Assembly: GCA_043228905.1 (NCBI GenBank)
Contig: JBHGNT010000001.1
Span: 20,646,001 to 20,710,000, forward strand
Direction: 5' to 3'
Length of the DNA stretch: 64,000 nt
From: Azolla caroliniana
Taxonomy: Eukaryota > Plantae > Polypodiophyta
In this document: piece by piece, positions 60,156 to 64,000 of the stretch
Numbering within the stretch: position 1 is the stretch's first letter
Layout of the letters: each line of letters starts with the position of its first letter
The notes under the pieces: generated by a model
Databases searched by the model: none
Seen by the model: the letters and a program-made list of their open reading frames with translations, nothing else
What the model was told of the DNA's origin: nothing
Translations under genes and position numbers: made by a program

Positions 60156-63100
60156 TCCCTCATCCTCTTACCCCTCCTTCCTTTCATACTAATCCTCTTA
60201 TCCTCCCTAGTAAAATATTAACTGTTAGCACTCAGGAATACCAATCTGTTTTATCCAAGCTTCAGTGCTTAAAAGAGAAGTTTGTAACACTAGAACAAGA
60301 AAATCATCGTCTGTTGGGGGATCTTCAACAAATATCTTTAGAAAAACAACAACAACACGGGGAGCTGACAACAACAAGCACCGATATTCCCTAGGATGAC
60401 CAGAAATTAATGGAGCAATTTCATTTTGGCCTACGTAATGATGTCAAGAATTTACTCTTAACTTTCCTTGAAGAGCCGAAGTCATTGACAGAAGCAATCA
60501 GTCGCGCGGTGCAATGTGATAACCGCCTTTTCGAACAACGTTCGGAACGTCAATTCCAAATGCCAAGGACAAGGTCAGAGCCCACCTACGCCTCAATTGT
60601 AGCAAAACCTTTTCCAAGGGAGTCATATAATGTGTCTACAGCAAATACTCCAACTCTGATCGAAATCGACACCACACATCATCGCGGACCATTATCGGAA
60701 GAGGAAAAGCAACGATGCCGAGCAAATCGACTATGTCTCTATTGCGGTGGACCAGGGCATATTGCGGTGAAATGTCTCCATAGGCCAAGAAGACAGGTAA
60801 ACCAAATAGTCACTAGTTCTAATTGTACTAAACTCGAGTCTATTTTAGTAGGAATATCTAATAGTCCTAATAGTACTAATAGCCCAAGCCTTTCAAACAA
60901 ATTTGAAATCCTTAGTCAACTAGAAGAAGAGTTAAACGATTAAGTCCAAACAAAATAGGAGCCGTTTGGTTGGACATTCCTAGATCTGTGCAGCCCATTA
61001 GTGATTCCATTTCCTCTAACCAAGTTAGCAATCTGTTCTTAGCTCAAGTAATGGTTAGTACTAAAAGTATTCCTCCAGTACATGTCTCAACACTCTGAGA
61101 TTCCGGAGCCAACTCTTGCTTTATGGATAGGAATTTTGCCCAAGCTCATCAGATATCCCTAAGAAAACTTTCTTGCCCAGCATTTGTGGTAGTTATTGAT
61201 GGTCATCCCATTGCTTCCAGAAAAATTGTAGAAGAGTCAGAGCCGATTCAAGTTGTCCTAGATAACTTGGTGTGTGTAGTATCATTTAATATAATTAGTA
61301 GTCCAGACCATCCAATTGGCTTGGGGTTATCATGGTTCGAATTACATAACCCAGACACAGATTGGAGAACAAGAGAAATATGGGGATCTACTTATTGGAT
61401 TGCAACCATTTCGTTATGTCAATTGCGTGAGGAAGGACGCAAGGAAGCATTGTTTGTCTTCGCTTTATCAGTAAAACCTTCCGACACCACTAAAGAGGAA
61501 TCCACAGTTCAACTTCCAGAGAACTATCGTCATTTTGCCGATGTGTTGATAAGGTACAAGCCAATACGCTTCCTCACCACCGACCGTATGATTGCCCCAT
61601 TGATTTACAACCGGGAAAAGAGCCACCATGGGGCTCGATCTATAACTTGTCACCAACCGAGCTAGAAGTCCTTCGAGCCTATATAGAGGAGAATTTGGCA
61701 AATGGTTTTATTCGACATTTGAAATTTCCAGCCGGCGCACCCATTTTCTTTGTCAAGAAAAAGGATGGATCACTTCGTCTCATCGTAGCTTACCGTGGCT
61801 TGAATAAGGTCACCATCAGGAATAGGTATGCACTCCCCCTTATCTCAAGTCTTTTAAAACGGATCAATGGTGCAAGATTCTTCACAAAGATCGACTTACG
61901 TAACCTCGTACGAATCTGATTAGGAGATGAAGTGAAGACTGTGTTTCGCACCAGATATAGGCACTTCGAGTATACGGTCATACCATTCGGCCTCACTAAT
62001 GCACAATAGTCTTCCAGCACATGGCAAATGATATATTCCGAGATATCTTGGATGTTTGTTTGATCATCTATTTGGATGATCTAATGGTTTATTCGAAGAC
62101 CCAAGAAGAGCGTGATTTGCATGTACTGTTAGTACTAAAACGGCTTTGAGAACATGGTCTATGCAAAACTAGAAAAATGTAGTTTCAAGTACAACCAAGT
62201 GGAATTTCTGGGCTATGTCATCTACTCGGAAGGCATCTCTATGGATCGAGCTAAGATCAAAACTGTGATAGAGTGGTAGACTCCACATTCGTTGCGAGAT
62301 GAGCAATGCTTTTTAGGCTTTGCCAATTTTTACTCAAAGCTTATTCTGCCTCTCACACATCTTACCAAGAAGGGGCAGTCTTTTGTTTGGTCTAAAGAAG
62401 CAGACATGGCTTTTGAGAGTCTTAAGATGGCATTCACATCAGCTCCTATTCTAGCTCATGTTGATCTGGCAAAACCTTTCATCATTGAGGCAGACGTGTC
62501 AAATTTCGCCTTGGGTAGCATTCTTTGGCGATGATAAAAAGTTACATACTATGGCTTTCCACTCACACAAGTTTGACACCGCCGAAATCAACTATGAAAT
62601 TCACGATAAAGAGCTATTAGCAATAGTGGACTCTTTTACACAATGGAGGCATTTTCTAGAGGGATCTTCTCATCAAGTTACCCTATTCAGTGATCACAGA
62701 AATCTTGCCTACTTCCAGAATGTTCATGTATTAAATCAACGTCAAGCTCGGTGGGCCCAATTCCTCACACGTTTCAACTTCAAAATTACATATCCTCCTA
62801 GGAAGCAACAAGGGAAGGCAAATGCATTATCGCGACGCTCGTATCTAGCATCGCGTTCCGGTGAGCTAGCATTCGATAACCAAAAGCAAGTAATCCTGGG
62901 ACAAGCACGACTGCAAGCAACATGGGTTTTCGATATGCCATTGGATTCCCACATTATCGTTAAGTGAGGACTTGAAGACAAATGCTTTCGCTCAAGCCAT
63001 TGATCCCTCTCGGGCATCTTGTTCACAGTCACAACAACCAGGTACGGATTATCGACAATTCGAATGTCATGATGGATTACTATTCTTTAAGAAGCTCTTC

Positions 63101-64000
63101 TATGTTCCTAATGGTTCTTGTCGCCTTCGAGTAGTCCAAAATTGTCATGACACATATAACTGGGCATTTTGTTAGTACTAAAACATTAGATTTAGTACAA
63201 CAATCATTCTAGTGACCCCATATGCGACGATTTGTTGAAGATTATGTTCGAACATGTGATACATGTTGCAGAGCAAAGATGCCAAGACATCATCCATATG
63301 GTTTATTGGAACCATTACCAATTCCAAGCAAGTCGTGGCAATCCATTGCTCTAGATTTCATCACAGATCTTCAAGTTTCTAAGGGATTCGATGCAATCTT
63401 AACAATAGTAGATCGATATACGAAGATGGCCCATTTCCTACCATGTGCTAAGGAAATCACTAGTGAATAAACCGTTGAAACTGTCATGCGTGAGGTATGT
63501 CGGAATCATGGCCTCCCCGATAGTATCATCATTGACAATGGACCCTAGTTCGTCTCGAAATTCTGGAAGCACCTCTTCAAAATGCTCAAGTTCACTTGTA
63601 ACCTCTCCTCCGGCTACCACCCGCAAATAGACGGACAAGCAGAATGAACAAATCAAACGCTGGAACAGTATCTTCTGCGTTTTCTAAGCTATCACCAAGA
63701 TGACTAGGCGGATATTCTCCACTTCGCCGAATTTACATATAATAACTCTGTCCACTCATCGACTAAGGTTACACCATCTTATGCTTACACGGGCTATCAT
63801 CCCTAGTGGTGTGTATTTGAAACTCCGGAGTTACCCACAAATCCTTGTGCAGAGAGGTACGCAAGATACAGGCGGATTTATCTACTCATTTACAACAAGC
63901 TCAACAAACACACAAGGATTATGTGGATCGTCATCAGCTTCCATCCAGTTTTAATATTGGAGAATGGGTATGGCTATTACGATGACACATCAAGACAACT

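Larger units (their letters stand above)
59717..64000 (+). mobile_element. Ty3/Gypsy of Tf1/sushi/Tcn1 (chromovirus-type) affinity, degenerate, runs off window end
   Basis: LTR 59717-60141. gag (RLCLYCGGPGHIAVKC), PR (DSGANSCFMD), RT (APIFFVKKKDGSLRL, IYLDDL), RNaseH ([17 protein letters not shown]), IN (CDTC, WQSIALDFITDL, GYHPQIDGQ). A chromodomain is not within the window. Confidence 0.92.

Overview
Gene-free, heterochromatin-like eukaryotic DNA made almost entirely of nested and truncated transposable elements. A non-seed land plant such as a moss is inferred from the element types. It contains at least four Ty1/Copia pieces, three related Ty3/Gypsy elements (two retain a tRNA-Trp-type PBS), fragments of further Gypsy-like families, a self-priming Tf1/Tcn1-type Gypsy at the right end, and three Sola-type DDD DNA transposons. 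The standout is a complete 7,590-bp Sola1-like transposon (50767-58356) with 37-bp TIRs and a 4-bp GATA target-site duplication. Its near-intact transposase is head-to-head with a spliced cargo gene encoding a ParB/Srx-like domain fused to a prokaryote-type beta-class N6A/N4C DNA methyltransferase (IADIPY ... QKP ... DLFSGTGT). A second, Sola2-like element (~6.1-18.8 kb) is interspersed with TAGCTAATTAGCTA palindromic satellite arrays and tRNA-derived repeats, and appears to carry RING-like and FCP1/NIF-like cargo. All protein calls come from motif recognition by eye; no database searches were run. Most ORFs in the supplied track are antisense shadows or fragments of decayed TE genes.
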